Shown here one piece after another: positions 1-13,241 of a DNA stretch of 64,000 nucleotides (the stretch's first letter is position 1; every line of letters begins with the position of its first letter). The notes under the pieces are model-generated. The model made no database searches, was not told the DNA's origin, and saw nothing but the letters and a program-made list of their open reading frames with translations. Location: assembly GCF_004010195.1 (NCBI RefSeq), contig NC_057719.1, positions 57,140,311-57,204,310 of the forward strand, read 5' to 3'. A program made the position numbers and the translations under genes. The DNA comes from Chiloscyllium plagiosum. Lineage: Eukaryota.

Positions 1-774
1 TGACTGCTGTACAGTATTGTAACTGTGGCTTAGAAATCAAAAATAAAAGAACTGTTCTTGAGCAAAAGGTAGCCACATAGAGACAGGAACAGAATCAGCA
101 GCACTGTTAAACCCCATTGACCGCATACTGCATGATAAACAACATAGAAGATCACACTACAGCAGCTGCTCTGTGCCTAGCGCATACATGTAATCCTAGG
201 CAGTTTGCCAATTTAACAAAATAGGTTGTTATAACATTAACAATGACTAAAGAAATAATCTTTCTTTGGGAATGCTGTAAACTAGACTCTGTTTGCATTG
301 AGTAGCACTAATAAGACATATGTTGCCAAAGAAATTAAATCCTGTCGATACAATTGAGGGGATTTGACTACCTTGGTTCCCTTTAATTTAAAATTTGTTT
401 TGAATAGTAAGGAAGTCTCCACACACTTAGATTATTAAAAGATTTTTCTTAGTTGTTTGGTTTTAGTCAGTAAAAGGATTGTACACAAGAGAAGTGCATA
501 TGACAAAATGCTGTGAGTCTTAATTATTTATCTTTTCAATGAGACATTAAACTGTCTCACTTTTCTTTCTGGTAATGATATAGAAAGTAGAATGTTTGCC
601 CAGTGACCCAGTTAACATTCCTTCCTGAACCAACACACCCCCCAAAAAAACTGAACAACCGGTCAACATCTCATTATTGTTTATTGGACCTTGCTGACAG
701 ATTATTAAGTTTGCCAGCAGAAACAATTTTTTGCCTTGCGTGCTAATAATTTTGACCACTTGCATAACTGTTTT

Positions 775-910
775 CTGAGGAAGAGTCAGTCAACCTGAAA
801 CGTTAACTCTGATTTCTCTCTACAGATGCTGCCAGACCTGCTGAGCTTTTCCAGCAAATTATATTTTTGTCTCCGATTTACAGCATCTGCAGTTCTTCTG
901 GTTTTTAGTT
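775..910 (+). mobile_element. PLE pLTR fragment, family C, degenerate hammerhead core
   Basis: CTGAGGA...GAAACGTTAAC followed by GATGCTGCCAGACCTGCTGAGCTTTTCCAGC...CAGCATCTGCAG; reverse-complement relatives at 13612-13739 and 60641-60755. Confidence 0.7.
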
Positions 911-2216
911 TATTCCCCTTCATCAGTCACCCTCTCCCTTCTGCAAATGTGTGAAAATGCTTGAAGAAGGAAGATTGAGAAGCAGCATTCTGATCAGCTA
1001 TAGGATCATCTCAGCAAACTCAGTTGACAGGGACCACTGAACTGTCTTTCTCTCTGCCCATAACATCCATTTTTTTGTATCTGTCTGTATGTATGCAAAA
1101 CAGGGAATTTCAAAATGGGCTAGAGTATTAACGAGTAGAGTTATATGTTGACGGTTCAGGATTGTTTCTCTGTAGCTAGAATCTTTTTATTTCTAGTAAA
1201 GAGCGATTCTTGATAAGTACAGAAACCTGGTTAGCATTCATTCTGGATCTTTGGAGTTGACAAACATTGGCCAAATCCTGGATTTGTTGAGTCTCAGTCT
1301 TGTGCCCAAGTTTCCAGAATGGCTTTATACAGATGCATTCTTTACACTTCCTAAACAAAACTATCAGCTTAAAGTGAATGAGAGGCAAGACAGAGTGAAA
1401 GGAAGGATGTGCATAAATAGATTGATTTTCTGAATGTTTCACCGTATAGCAGCAGCTCATAACTACTGCACACTGTAGGTCAGACATTTGTGCATGATTG
1501 CATTTCAATCCAAACACTGAATGTGCCCTGCAGGCTTCCTACAAAATCATTATCAGGCCTCCTCCCTTGGTTGCCCTTTTCAAAGCCATAAACAACAATA
1601 GCCAGCTTTCAATTTATCAGAACATTCTCTCTGCTCGTCTATACTTCAAAATAACATTCACTGATTTCTATTCTCTTAAATTTTCTTGTATCATTCATTT
1701 ATTCATTCTCTGGCCTTGCAACCTATTTTACAGCAATTGTCTTAAATATACAGAACAATTGTAGGCCGTTCAGCCTATCAAGACTATTCTGTTGGTCAAT
1801 TATGGATCATGGATGATATGCACCTTGCTTTAGCAGTCTTGTTTGTTGACAATTCTAGAATGTATCCACATTGCCATTTGCAGTTGCTGTGAGTGTGTAG
1901 CTAGCCAACGACCTGAGGACAAAACTTATGGTAATTCATCATAATCCATAGGGATGCTTACAAATCTCACAAACTAATGAGGAGTAAATGACCAGTGTAT
2001 TAACTCCCTGCTGATATATAAGAATATCTGGTTAGAAAGATAGATTTGACAAAGAAATAAGTATAAGAGATTAGGTAAGACATTCATATTAAAAACACTT
2101 TTAAATAAACCATGAAAAAACCTCGATAGCAGGTAGCAGGGAAAGGATATGCCTAAGAGGGAATATAGAAACAATTGCGATTAATTTAATTAGTGCTTGG
2201 CACAGACAATATAAAG

Positions 2217-2439
2217 CTGAAAATGTGTCGCTGGAAAAGCACAGCAGGTCAGGCAGCATCCAAGGAGCAGGAGAATCGCATTTCGGGCATGAGCCCTTCT
2301 TCAGGAGAAAGCCCTGAAGAAGGGCTCATGCCCGAAATGTCGATTCTCCTGCTCCTTGGATGCTGCCTGACCTGCTGTGCTTTTCCAGCTACACATTTTC
2401 AGCTCTGATCTCCAGCATCTGCAGTCCTCACTTTCTCCT
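2217..2439 (+). mobile_element. Non-autonomous PLE fold-back element, family A (inverted pLTR arms plus ~35-nt tail)
   Basis: ~90-bp arms 2215-2305 and 2313-2404 are reverse complements; tail CTGATCTCCAGCATCTGCAGTCCTCACTTTCTCCT; 16-bp TSD CACAGACAATATAAAG at 2201-2216 and 2440-2455. Confidence 0.88.
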
Positions 2440-2772
2440 CACAGACAATATAAAGGTGTAAACAGAAGTTTAATTACTAAAAAGGAGACCTGGAAAGACA
2501 AATAGCAACATCACACCTGGGCATGAAAGTAAAGCATTAATTACAAGTGAAACCATCCAACAGATAAGAATGGCAAAAACTCTTGAAACTGGGATAAAAC
2601 AACACAAAATGAAAAAAGAAGAAACATTTTACTGATAACTGTTTAAGGGAGGATTCTTTTGAGACTGAAAGAATAAGAAAGAAATGGAAGGAATATCCAG
2701 ATATGAAAATGAACCACCTTTATTGATCAACATTTAATGAAGGACTCTTTTAAGATTGTAAAACTACAGGAA

Positions 2773-3057
2773 AGATTAGATGGAAACAGGTCCTTCAGCC
2801 CAACCAGTCCACACCAACCCTCCGAAGAGTAACCCACCCAGACCTGTCCCCCTCTGACTAATGCACCTAACACTATGAGCAATTTAGCATGGCCAATTCA
2901 CCTGACCCACACATCTTTGAACTGTGAGAGGAAACCGGAGCAAACCCACGCAGACATGGGGAGAATGTACAAACTTCACACAGACAGTCACCCGAGGTTG
3001 GAATCGAACCTGGGACCCTGGTGCTGTGAGGCAGCAGTACTAAACCATTGAGCCAAC
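2773..3057 (-). mobile_element. tRNA-derived V-SINE (HE1-like)
   Basis: Minus strand has box A (TGGCTCAATGG), box B (GGTTCGATTCC), central GTTTGTACATTCTCCC domain and a CR1-type tail; homologous to 39121-39418. Confidence 0.85.
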
Positions 3058-3507
3058 ACTGAGGAATATTTTTTAAAATTATTCGATAAAAGGTCACAAC
3101 TTCATAAAGAAATCTTCACTGAAAAGTTAGGGAATAATACAGCAACATATAAAAGGAACTGATCAGAAGGTTAATAGAATTGCAAACCAGGAGGAGTCAA
3201 ATTAACATAAAAACACAACCCTTGTACAGAAATATCAGAAGTATTAATACTCCTCGAATAATACCCCTCATATAATAAAGGCATTTTTGGTCATTGGAAA
3301 ATATATCTTACATGTTTGGTGCTTTAAGGTAAAATTCTACTCTAAATATTGATGGATATTCTATTCTCAGATTTTGTTAGATAATTTATTTTAGCTATTC
3401 TTAAATATGCTTAGATATTCGTTGAATAGTTCTAAAATGGATTCTATTAGATTTGACATTACACCTTTTGATGATCTTTGACATAGCATTATACCTATGC
3501 ATAAGGC

Positions 3508-4758
3508 TATAGGATGTACAAGCAGAAGTGAGCCATCAAGTCTGCTTTGCTATTCAATGAAGCCATTGCTAATCCTCAACTCCACTCTCCTGCCTTTTCC
3601 CTGTAACCCATGATCCCTTACTGATTAAAAACTGATCTATCTGAGCCTTGAATATATTAAAAGACTCAGCCTCTACAGTCTCCTGTGGTAAAGAATTCTA
3701 CAAATTGACTATTCTCAGACAGAAGATATTCTTCTTCACCTCTGTTCTAACTGGGCAACTCCTTATCCCTCTGGTCCTAGATTTTCCCACAAGTGGCAAC
3801 AACCTTTCTGCATCAATCCTGTCAAGTCCTCCAGGAATCTTATATGTTTCAATAAGTCTGCCCCTCGTTCTCCCAAACTCCATTGATTGCAGGCCAAAGC
3901 TTCTCCACATAAGAAAACCTCTTCATGCTTGCAGTCAATCTATTGAACCTTCTCTGGATAAACTCCAATGCCAGTATACCTTTCCTTGAATAAGGAGACC
4001 AAAACTGTTCACAATATCCTGTGTGTTGTCTAACTAATGCTTTGTATAGTTTTAGCAAGACTTCTATATTTTTATACTCCATTCCCTCTGAAATAAAGGC
4101 CAACAGTCCATTAGCCTTCCCTATTACCTGCTGAGCTTGGTTGCTAGCTTTTTGTGATGCATGCACTAGGACTTCTAAATCCCTCTCTGCTGCATTTTTC
4201 TGCAATCTTTTTCCATTTAAATAGTATACAGTTACCCTATTCATCCTGCCAAAGTGCATAATATCACATCTTCCTACATTATATTCCATCTGTCAAGTTT
4301 CCCCCACTCACTTAACCTGTCTACATCCCGCCACTGGCTCCTTATGCCATCTCCACCATTTGCCTTCCCATCTATTTCTGGGTCACCTGCATACTTGGCA
4401 AAAGTACACTCACTTCCACTGTCCCATTTGTTAATACATATTACATACAACTATGGCCCCATCACTGATCCCTGTGCATTCCACTAGTTACTGGTTACCA
4501 TCCTAAAAATGTTCCCCTTATCCCAATTTTCTGGTCTTCTATTAATTAGGCAATCTTTTATCCATACAAATATACTACCCCTTACCTTATTGTATCAAGT
4601 AGCTTAATAGGTATATCTTATCAGCCACATTTGGAAATCCATTTATTTAATATATCCACTGTTACACTTTTATCTGCCTTGTTACCTCTTGAATGAATTA
4701 TTTAAAAAATGTAAAGCGTGGTTTCCCCTTCATTAAGCTATGCTGACTCTGCTTGATC
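3508..4758 (-). mobile_element. Old CR1 LINE, 3' part (RT and C-terminal region)
   Basis: ORF 3849-4289 reads LKLYKALVRQHTGYCEQFWSPY and ORF 3698-3910 reads RGRLIETYKI; continues at 7681 after a nested insertion. Confidence 0.85.
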
Positions 4759-7680
4759 ATAGAATATAGAACAATACAGCACAGAACAGGCCCTTTGGCC
4801 CTCGATATTGGGCCGACCTGGGAATTCATCTCAGCCCATTACTGGACGCTATCCCACCATCATCCACATGCTGATCCAAATACTGTTTAAATGCCCTGAA
4901 TATGGCTGAATTAACTACATTGGCAGACAGGGTATTCCACGCCCTTACCACTCTCTGAATAAAGAACCTGCCTCTGACATCTGTCTTAAAACTATCACCC
5001 CTCAATTTGCAGCTTTGCCCCCTCGTACAAGCAGACATCATCATCCTAAGAAAAGGACTCTCACTGTCCACCCTATCTAATCCTCTGATCATCTTGTATG
5101 TCTCTATTAAATCCCCTCTTAGCCTAAGGCCTTCGCTCCAGACCAGGCAACATCCTGGTAAATCTCATCTGCATCTTTTCCAATGCTTCCACATCCTTCC
5201 TCTTACGGGCGGACCAGAACTGCACACAGTACTCCAAGTGAGGCCGCATTAGCATCTTGTACAGTTGCAGCATGACATCACGGCTCTGGAACTCATTCCT
5301 TCTACCAATAAAACCATATGCCTTCTTAACAGCACTATCAACCTGAGTGGCGATTTTCAGGGACCTATGTACATGGACACTACCAAGAATCTTTCCATTG
5401 ACAGTATTCTGCCTTTCTGTTATTCTTCCCAAAGTGAATCACCTCATATTTATTTGCATTGAACTCCATTTGCTGCCTTTAAGCCCAATTCTTCAGTTTA
5501 TCCAAGTCTCCCTGCAACCTACAACATTCTTCCACACTGTCCACCATTCCACCGACTTTAGTATCATCTGCAAACTAACCCATCCACTTATGCCTGCATC
5601 CAAGTCGTTTATAAAAATGACAAACAGCAGTGGTCCCAAAACAGATCCTTATGGCACACCACTAGTAACCAGACTCCAGGCTGAATATTTTCCATCAACC
5701 ATTACTCGTTGTCTTCTTACAGAAAGCCAGTTTCACATCCAAATTGCCACCTTCAACTACCTTCAATCCCATGCCTCTGCATTTTCTCCAATAGCTGACC
5801 ATGTGAAATCATATCAAAGGCTTTACTGAAGCCTATGGACACCATGTCAACTGCTCTACCCTCATCCACACGCTTGGTGACCTTCTCAAAAAGCTCAATG
5901 AGGTTTGTGAGACACAACCTGCCCTTGACAAAACCATGTTAACTATTTACAATCAAGTTATTGCTTGCAATATGATTATAAATCCTATCTCCAATAATCC
6001 TTTCCAAAACCTTTCCTACCCAACAGACGTATGGCTGACTGGTTTATAATTACCTGGGTCATCTCTACTGCCCTTCTTGAACAAGGGCACAACATTTGCA
6101 ATCCTCGAGTCCTCTATTACTAAATCTGTAGACAATGACAACTCAAAGATCAAGGCCAAAGGCTCTCCCATCCTGTCCCGAGCTTCCCAGAGAATTTTCA
6201 GAAAAATCCCATCCAGCCCAGGGGATTTATCTACTTTCACACCCTCTAGAATTGATAACACCTCCTCCTTACTAACCTCAATCCTTTCTAGTCTAATCGG
6301 GGTATCTCAGTCGTCTCTACAATATTCTCCTTTTTCTGAGTGAAAACAGATGAGCAATATTCATTGAGCACCTGTCCAGTCTCCACAGGGTCCACACACA
6401 ACTTCCCACTGCTGTCTTTCACAGGCCCTATTCCTACCTTAGTCATCCTTTTACTCCTCACACACCTATAGAAAGCTTTAGGGTTCTCCTTTATTGTACC
6501 TGCTAAAGACTGCTCATGTCCCCTCCTTGCTCTTTTTGGCTCTCTCTTTAATTCCTTCCTAGCTACTCTGTAACTCTCCATCGCGTCATGTAAACCATCT
6601 CTCCTCAATGTCACATAAACTTCCCTCCTCCACTTAGGAAGAGATACAATTTCTTTAGTAAATCACAGTTCCCTTACCTTATCACTTCCTCCCTGCCTGA
6701 CAGGGACATACCTATCAAAGACACACAATATCTGTTCCTTAAACCAGCTCCACATTTCGATTGTCTCCATCCCCTGCATTTTGCTGCCCCATTCTTCGCC
6801 TCCTAAGTCTTGCCTAATCGCATTATAATTGCCCTTTCCCCATCTATAACTCTTGTCCTGTGACATGTACTTTCCATCACTAAACTAAACGTAACCAAAT
6901 TATGGTCACCCCCTCCAAAGTGCTTACCTATTACCAAGTACCAGATCCAATGTGGCCTCCCCTCTTGTCGGCCCTTTGACATACTGTGTCAGGAAACCCT
7001 CCTGCACACATTGGGCAAAAACTGATCCATCCAATGTACAAGAGTTATAGCATTTCCAGTCAATGTTGGGGAAGTTAAAGTCCCTCATAATGACCACCCT
7101 GTTCCTGTCACTCCTGCTCAGAATCAATTTGCCAATCCTCTCCTCCACATCCCTGGAACTTTGCGGAGCCTATACAAAACTCCCAACAGTGTGATCTCTC
7201 CTCCCCTGTTTCTAACCTCAGACCATACCACCTCAATGCATGAGTCCTCGTCAAAGGTTCCTTCAGCCACCGTTATACTGTCCTTGACTAACAAAGCCAC
7301 TAACAAAGCCCTCTTTTACCATTTTCCCTGAATTTAATGAAAGATATAAACCCTGGAATCTGCAACATCCAATCCTAACCTTGTTCTATCCATGTCTCAG
7401 AAATGGCTACAACGTTGAAGCCCCAGGTAACTATCCATGCTGCAACTTCACCTACCTTCTTCTGGATATCTTGGGCATTGAAGTAGACACACTTCAAACC
7501 AGCTTGCTGTCTGCCAGCACACTCCTGTGACTGTGAAATCCTGTCCACGTTCTCCCTACTCTCATCCTCCTGTGTACTGGAACTACGACACAGGTTCCCA
7601 TCCCCCTGCTGAGCTAGTTTAACCCACCCAAATAGCACCAGCAAATTTCCCACCCAGGATGTTAGTACCCCTCTGGTTCA
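4759..7680 (-). mobile_element. CR1 LINE (end of ORF1 and disrupted ORF2) nested in an older CR1
   Basis: EN start LKCVYFNAQDIQKK...AISETW (7375-7500), DFNFPNIDW, KSPGLDGIF, FADDTK at ~5555-5575, LMRPHLEYCVQFW; 3' tail near 4760. Confidence 0.9.
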
Positions 7681-9565
7681 TATAATGTATTTCTAAATGC
7701 TCTGCTATTACAACTTTTTAAGGGACCATTAACATTTTCTCACTAACAGATATTAAGCTAATTGGGCGATAGTTAGCAGTTTTTTTTGTGTCCTTCCCTT
7801 TTTAAATAAGGGTTTACAATGGCAGTTTTCCAATTTTCTGGGACTTCTCCAGGATCTACTAAGTCCTAGAAGATTACTACCAGCACATCCACTATCTTTG
7901 TAGCTACTTTCTTTCATATCCCACAATGCTACACATCAGATCCAGGGGATGTTTCTGCTTTTAAACCTTTTAGTTTCTCAACTGCATTTTTTTAGTGATA
8001 GCTTTTGTATTTATTTCTTCTTTCCCTATTGCTCCAAGCTTAGTAAGCATTTTTAGCAGGTTGTTAGTATCTTTTATCATGAAGACTGCCCTAAAGTATT
8101 TATTCAACTCCTCTCTGCCCTTTCCTGATTTCCCATTATGATTTTCCCCTTCTCATTTTCAAAGGGACTGATGTTTAGTTTGGTCTCTCTGTTCCTTTTA
8201 AGATATTTAAAGAAGCTCTTGCTATCCATCTTGCTATTGCTATAAGTTTATCCTCAAAGTTTATCTTGTCCCTAATTTCATTTTTAGTCATCTTTTGTTG
8301 ATATTTAGAACTTTCCTAATCCTCTGGTTTACCACAAATCTGCCACATTGTATATAGTTTTTTTCAATTTGATGCTCTCCTTAACTTCTCTGGTTAACGA
8401 TGGTTGAATTAACCCCTTACTGGAATCCTTCCTCCTCACTGGAATATGTCTTTGCTGTGCGTCATGATGTATTTTCCAAAAAAGTCAGCCATTGTTCCTC
8501 AACTACTTTGACTGTTAAACTCCTTTCCTAGTCCACTCACTCTTGTAACTATCCTTATTTAAGTTTAACACAGTTATTTCTAATCCATGTTTCTCACTCT
8601 CAAGCTTTTACTCCAAGGTAATTTAGTAAACCTGTCTCAGTACACATTACTAGATTCAAAATAGCCTCGTCTCTAGTGAATCCACAACATATTGTTTGAT
8701 TAAACTTTCTCAAGTACACTTTATGAATTCTTCCTCAAAGCTACCTCTGTCTAAATGACTGTGCCAATCTACATGAATGATTATTGTACTACCCTTTTTA
8801 CAGTCTTCATTGTCTCCTGATTTATTCTCTGTCCTACAGAAAAGCTATTACTACTACCATTGTCTGCTTCCCTTTGTTATTTCTCACCTTCCAACTATAT
8901 GGATTCTGATTCAAGATCACTTCTTGCCATTGTACTTGTTGAGTCCTGCACTAATGAAACTACCACACTGCTCTTTCTTTCGTGATTTCAAAATGTCACA
9001 TACCCCTGGATATTTATTTCCCAGCTTTGTTCTGTAGTGAATCTGTGGAATTCTCAGCTTATCTCCTATTAACTATGTCTCTGTAATGGCTATAAGATCA
9101 TACGTATTAATCTCAATTTGTACCATCAATTAATTTATTTTGTTCCACGTACAGAATGGACACAAGTACAAAGTACTTGAATTTGCCTTTTTACCATTAC
9201 TTCCCCTTTGGCCTTATTTAGTACATTTTCACATTTGTACATTTTGTTCCTTCCTGTCCCTCTCTGGGTTTGGTTACCGAAATAGCTGCTCTGAGTTGCT
9301 GCCATATCCTTTTGCTTTGCAAGCTTACATTTATCCTCTCCAAAACGCTCCTCCCACTAAATTAGTTTCAAGCTCTCTTTGATTCACCAGCACACTGGAC
9401 CCAGGACTGTTCAAATGATGCCTGTCCCACTGGAACAACTGTCTTCTACTCCAGTACTGCAGCCAGGACCCCTGAACTGAAGCCCGTTCCATCCATACCA
9501 ATTTTTGAACCACTCATTAAACTTGTTAACTTTAACAACCCCATGCCAGTTTGCCAATGTCCAGG
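7681..9565 (-). mobile_element. Old CR1 LINE, 5' part (EN and ORF1 esterase remnant)
   Basis: Resumes the CR1 sequence broken at 4758; ORF 9331-9513 WSRRQLFQWDRHHLN resembles the CR1 ORF1 SGNH esterase DxLHLN motif. Confidence 0.75.
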
Positions 9566-10635
9566 TAGTAATTCATGTAGCTGCTTTGCAAAGCTGCCAT
9601 ATCCTTTTACTTTGTAAGCCTCTTAGGGTCCTCTTCAAAGCACTTAAAGTATATTACTTGTTCATTTCTACTAATAAATTTGTAGTATTAGTAAATCGTC
9701 TCATCTAAGCTTTTTCTCTTACAACTAAACTAAACCTGAATTTCTCGTATACTTAAGGGGGAAGTGTATTTTCTGAACAGAAAAGGTTTGGATCCTTAAA
9801 ATAGCTGCAACCTTTATAGCATTGCTAAGGCTTTTTAAAATTAAGGAGACTATTTGGGGAATGGTTATGTAAATTTTACAATGTTTACTTTAAAACATTA
9901 AAGAACTTTAAAATGTTTGTGATACTGACTAGCTGGAAGTCAGAAATTATCAGGAAAATATAACTGACCTCAATTAACTCAAAAAAATTCAAATGTCTTT
10001 AAATCATTTCAGACTGGCCTTATAATCCTGACTGGTGTAGTATCCCAGTCCCAGACCTTAACTGCTGGCCTACTTAATTATGAGCTGCCAATAGCTCACT
10101 TCCCACACCATTGATCTGGGCAAGTGGGAACAGTTGGGTGATATCTAATATTTACTTGAAAGGAATTTCTCTGTCTCTTAACTGTCATGGTACCTTCCAA
10201 GGCATCCAGGTTCTGAGGTGGATCACCCACATTGGATCTAGATTAGCTAAGAGTCTAGGGATTGTATGACTGGAAACACTCATTCCATCCACTTCTGTCT
10301 GCTACCAGGTCCCCTGTGATATGTTCCAGGATGGGAGTAGGCGTCCTCTGACTCACAATTCAGATTCACAATACATAGGTTACTCCAGGGTCCACATCAC
10401 TATCTTGACTCCACTTCACTCAAGCCATAATACACCAATACAACACCACTGAGTAAGCCACTTATCTCCACATCATTCACTCTGGCCTCAAATAACCCCT
10501 CTCTGTGAATGACTTTCTGAGGTTGACCTCCTCCAACACTTCTGCTAATGGTCCAATAATATACATGCACTCACCTGTGTCAAGCCACTTGATGACTGTT
10601 GAGGGTTCAGGGTCCCAAACATCTTGTATCATGCT

Positions 10636-10849
10636 GGAAAGTGTGGCACTGGAAAAGCACGGCAGATCAGGCAGCATCCAAGGAGCAGGAGAGTCGACAT
10701 TTCGGGTATACGCTCTTCATTCTTGATGAAGGGCTTATACCCAAAATGTCAACTCTTCTGCTCCTTGGATGCTACCTGACCTGCTATCGCGTTCCAGCAC
10801 CACACTTTTTTGACCCCGATCTCCAGCACCTGCAGTCCTCATTTTCTCT
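10636..10849 (+). mobile_element. PLE family A fold-back element
   Basis: Inverted arms meet at ~10720; tail present; TSD CATCTTGTATCA(T/C)GCT at 10620-10635 and 10850-10865. Confidence 0.85.
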
Positions 10850-11077
10850 CATCTTGTATCACGCTCCTACCCAATATTCCAATTCTTTCCTTGTGCTCCT
10901 TTGAATGTCAATCTCCTCACTACCTCTCTCTCAGTTTGTTTGGACATCAGCTTGAAAAACTAGCTCAGCCTGGTGTGACACTTGGTGATCACACATTGAC
11001 TTGAGCATCTCTACCTGAAGACCAAGGAGAATGATCTCCAGGAAAAACTGAGTCTCAGCCAAGGAAGGGAATGTGTG

Positions 11078-11111
11078 GAAAGTGGCCCCTGGCTGAAAGT
11101 GGCCCCTGGCT
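11078..11111. repeat. 17-bp tandem duplication
   Basis: GAAAGTGGCCCCTGGCT x2. Confidence 0.9.
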
Positions 11112-11480
11112 GATATTTCAACACAAACCAGATCCAGAAGGTACTCAGGATCCTTTTGTTTACTCTCAAGAGGCAAGATGCCTGGACAGTCATGTAGAGT
11201 ACAGTTAAACCATTAAGACTGTCCACTACTCTTGAGATGATATGGAATAGTGTGGCAATGTGAAGAGATCTGGGTGAGGGGGCGTGACATGAATCAGCTT
11301 ACACTCCTCAGCCAGGTGCTCATGGGAAAACAGTGGCTGACAGCTGACACTTCTACTTCGTCTTTGCAAAATTTCATGGCCACTGCAGGGGAAATCCCTA
11401 TTGCTGTAAATAAAACTGAGCCTCTTCCTGAAGGCACTTTGCCACCCTCTTGGTTTTCAGTGGGAGGCCCAACTAGTTTA

Positions 11481-11643
11481 TCATAGAATCCGTACAGTGA
11501 GAAACAGGCCATTTGGCCCAACAAGTCCATACCGACTCTCCAAAGAATAACCCACCCAGACCCATTCCCCTATCCTATTACTTTACATTTACCCCTCACT
11601 AATGCACCTAATGTACACATCCCTGAACACTATGGTCAATTTA
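11481..11643 (-). mobile_element. V-SINE 3' fragment
   Basis: GAAACAGGCCATTTGGCCCAACAAGTCC...CCACCCAGACCCATTCCCC matches the SINE tail of other copies. Confidence 0.75.
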
Positions 11644-11914
11644 ATTTAAGGACTGGTGAGAAGAAAAGGCCAGCACACTGTATGGGGCCTGTGTGCATGA
11701 CGTTCGAAGTGGCAGTGGCTATCGAATGGTTGATATCAACCAAGAGACTTACTGTGGAATTAGAACAGAAAGGAATAGCTCTGCATTTGCTGTGTATCAA
11801 TCCATTCTGCCTGCATTTTAATGACTAAGGTCTATCTTGATGTCTGTGTTGGCAGTCACCTCCCTGATGGTTACCTCTTTCCTGATCCTAGGATTCCATT
11901 CTTTCCTATGATTC

Positions 11915-12245
11915 AGCAGAACAGTGGCACAATGGTTAGCACCATTGCCTCACAGCGCAGGAGCCAGGTTTGATTCCAGTCTTGCTTGACTGTGTGGAGT
12001 TTGCACATTCTCCCCATATCTGCATGGGTTTCCTCCAGTGCTCCAGTTTCTTTCCATAGTCCAAATTTATGCAGGCTAGGTGGATAGGCCATGCTAAATT
12101 GCCATGTAGCGACTGGAGATATGCAGGCTAGGATGAATTAACTTGGATATAGGAATAAAATGGGGGTGTTGGATCTGGGTGAGATGCTGTTTGGAGGGTC
12201 GGTGCCAGACATGATAGGCCAAACTATCTCTTTTCGATTTTATGA
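11915..12245 (+). mobile_element. V-SINE (HE1-like), diverged
   Basis: GTGGCACAATGGTTAGCA box A, GGTTTGATTCC box B, TGTGGAGTTTGCACATTCTCCCC core. Confidence 0.85.
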
Positions 12246-12269
12246 TATATTCATGTTCTTTGAAGAAAG

Positions 12270-12670
12270 GTAATGGACGATTTGTCACTATTAATCTCTT
12301 TAATTCTGTTTGGACATTCCCATCCCTCACTGCTTCTATGAGGCATCTTTCAGTATCCTGTATCTGGTCAATTCGAGGAAGGGTCCTGGAGAATGATGCA
12401 TTTGATCAATTCACCAGTTCCAGAAATGTAGAAACCAGCTCCTCCCCTTCGTTTGCTTATAATCATTAGACCTCAGCTGTAACCATGTCAGGCTACTGTG
12501 GTCCCCAACGCCCTTGTGAGTGCCTCAAACTTCTGCTGTGGGCATCTTAGAATATCTGTACCTCTTCCCGCTATTTCCCAATGGGCTTTTCCATTATGAA
12601 TGTCATCTGCCCACTCACATTGACGACACAACCAGCTGAGCATCCCCAGTCTAGTCTTCAATTGCCTGAT
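12270..12670 (-). mobile_element. Possible Gypsy-type gag remnant
   Basis: Minus strand reads ...TERCLIEAVRDGNVQTELKRLIVT, with a degenerate Cys/His knuckle (KCRQNGLIHSKC) at ~11780-11815; motif resemblance only. Confidence 0.3.
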
Positions 12671-12677
12671 CATCAAG

Positions 12678-12752
12678 TCAGAGAGTCACAGTCACAGAGA
12701 TGTACAGCACAGAAATAGACCCTTCGGTCCAACTCATCCATGCCAACCAGAT
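12678..12752 (-). mobile_element. CR1 3' tail fragment
   Basis: AGAGATGTACAGCACAGAAATAGACCCTTCGGTCCAAC, like the tails at 31088 and 33248. Confidence 0.75.
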
Positions 12753-13050
12753 AGTGTTTCTGGTCATCCCCTGTCCAGCTTGTTACTCATCAGAAAGTTG
12801 AATAACTGGCCTGGAGTATTACTTTCTACTTGGTAATGTGAAGGGAATGCACACAGGGAGCTGATGCAAGGGTTTGGTCTAAAGGCCTGATTCTCTCTGC
12901 CATGAACTGAGAGCAGTAAGTGTGAGGGTATCAGGGTGATAGTGACACAGTAAGAGAGCTTTAGCCTCCTTCACAGAAATTGATCAATTCCTCCACCATC
13001 CACTCAAACTCAGCCAGGCACTTTTCAACATTGTTTGTCATGACCGGATT

Positions 13051-13241
13051 AGAGACAAAAAGAACCGCAGATGCTGGAATCCACGGTAGACAAGCAGGAG
13101 GCTAGAAGAACATAGCAAGCCAGGCAGCATTAGGAGGTGGAGAAGTCGATGTTTCAGGTGTAAGCCTTCTTCAAGGTTGGAGGGTGAGTGTAAGGGGAGC
13201 TGCAGATAAAGGGGGTGGCAGGGTAGGGTGGTAAAGTGTAG
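13051..13241 (-). mobile_element. PLE pLTR and 3' region, family B
   Basis: Reverse complement contains TTGAAGAAGGCTTACACCTGAAACATCGAC and matches the terminus of the PLE at 38896-38951. Confidence 0.75.

Noticed and set aside
2215..2404. Long hairpin as a pre-miRNA, terminator or DNA-transposon MITE
   Set aside because: One-sided tail, variable 11-16 bp TSDs and linkage to a PLE RT at 63417 fit a Penelope-like origin better
2193..2408. Recurrent WKSTAGQAAS peptide in many small ORFs
   Set aside because: Incidental translation of the non-coding PLE family A arm, not a gene family
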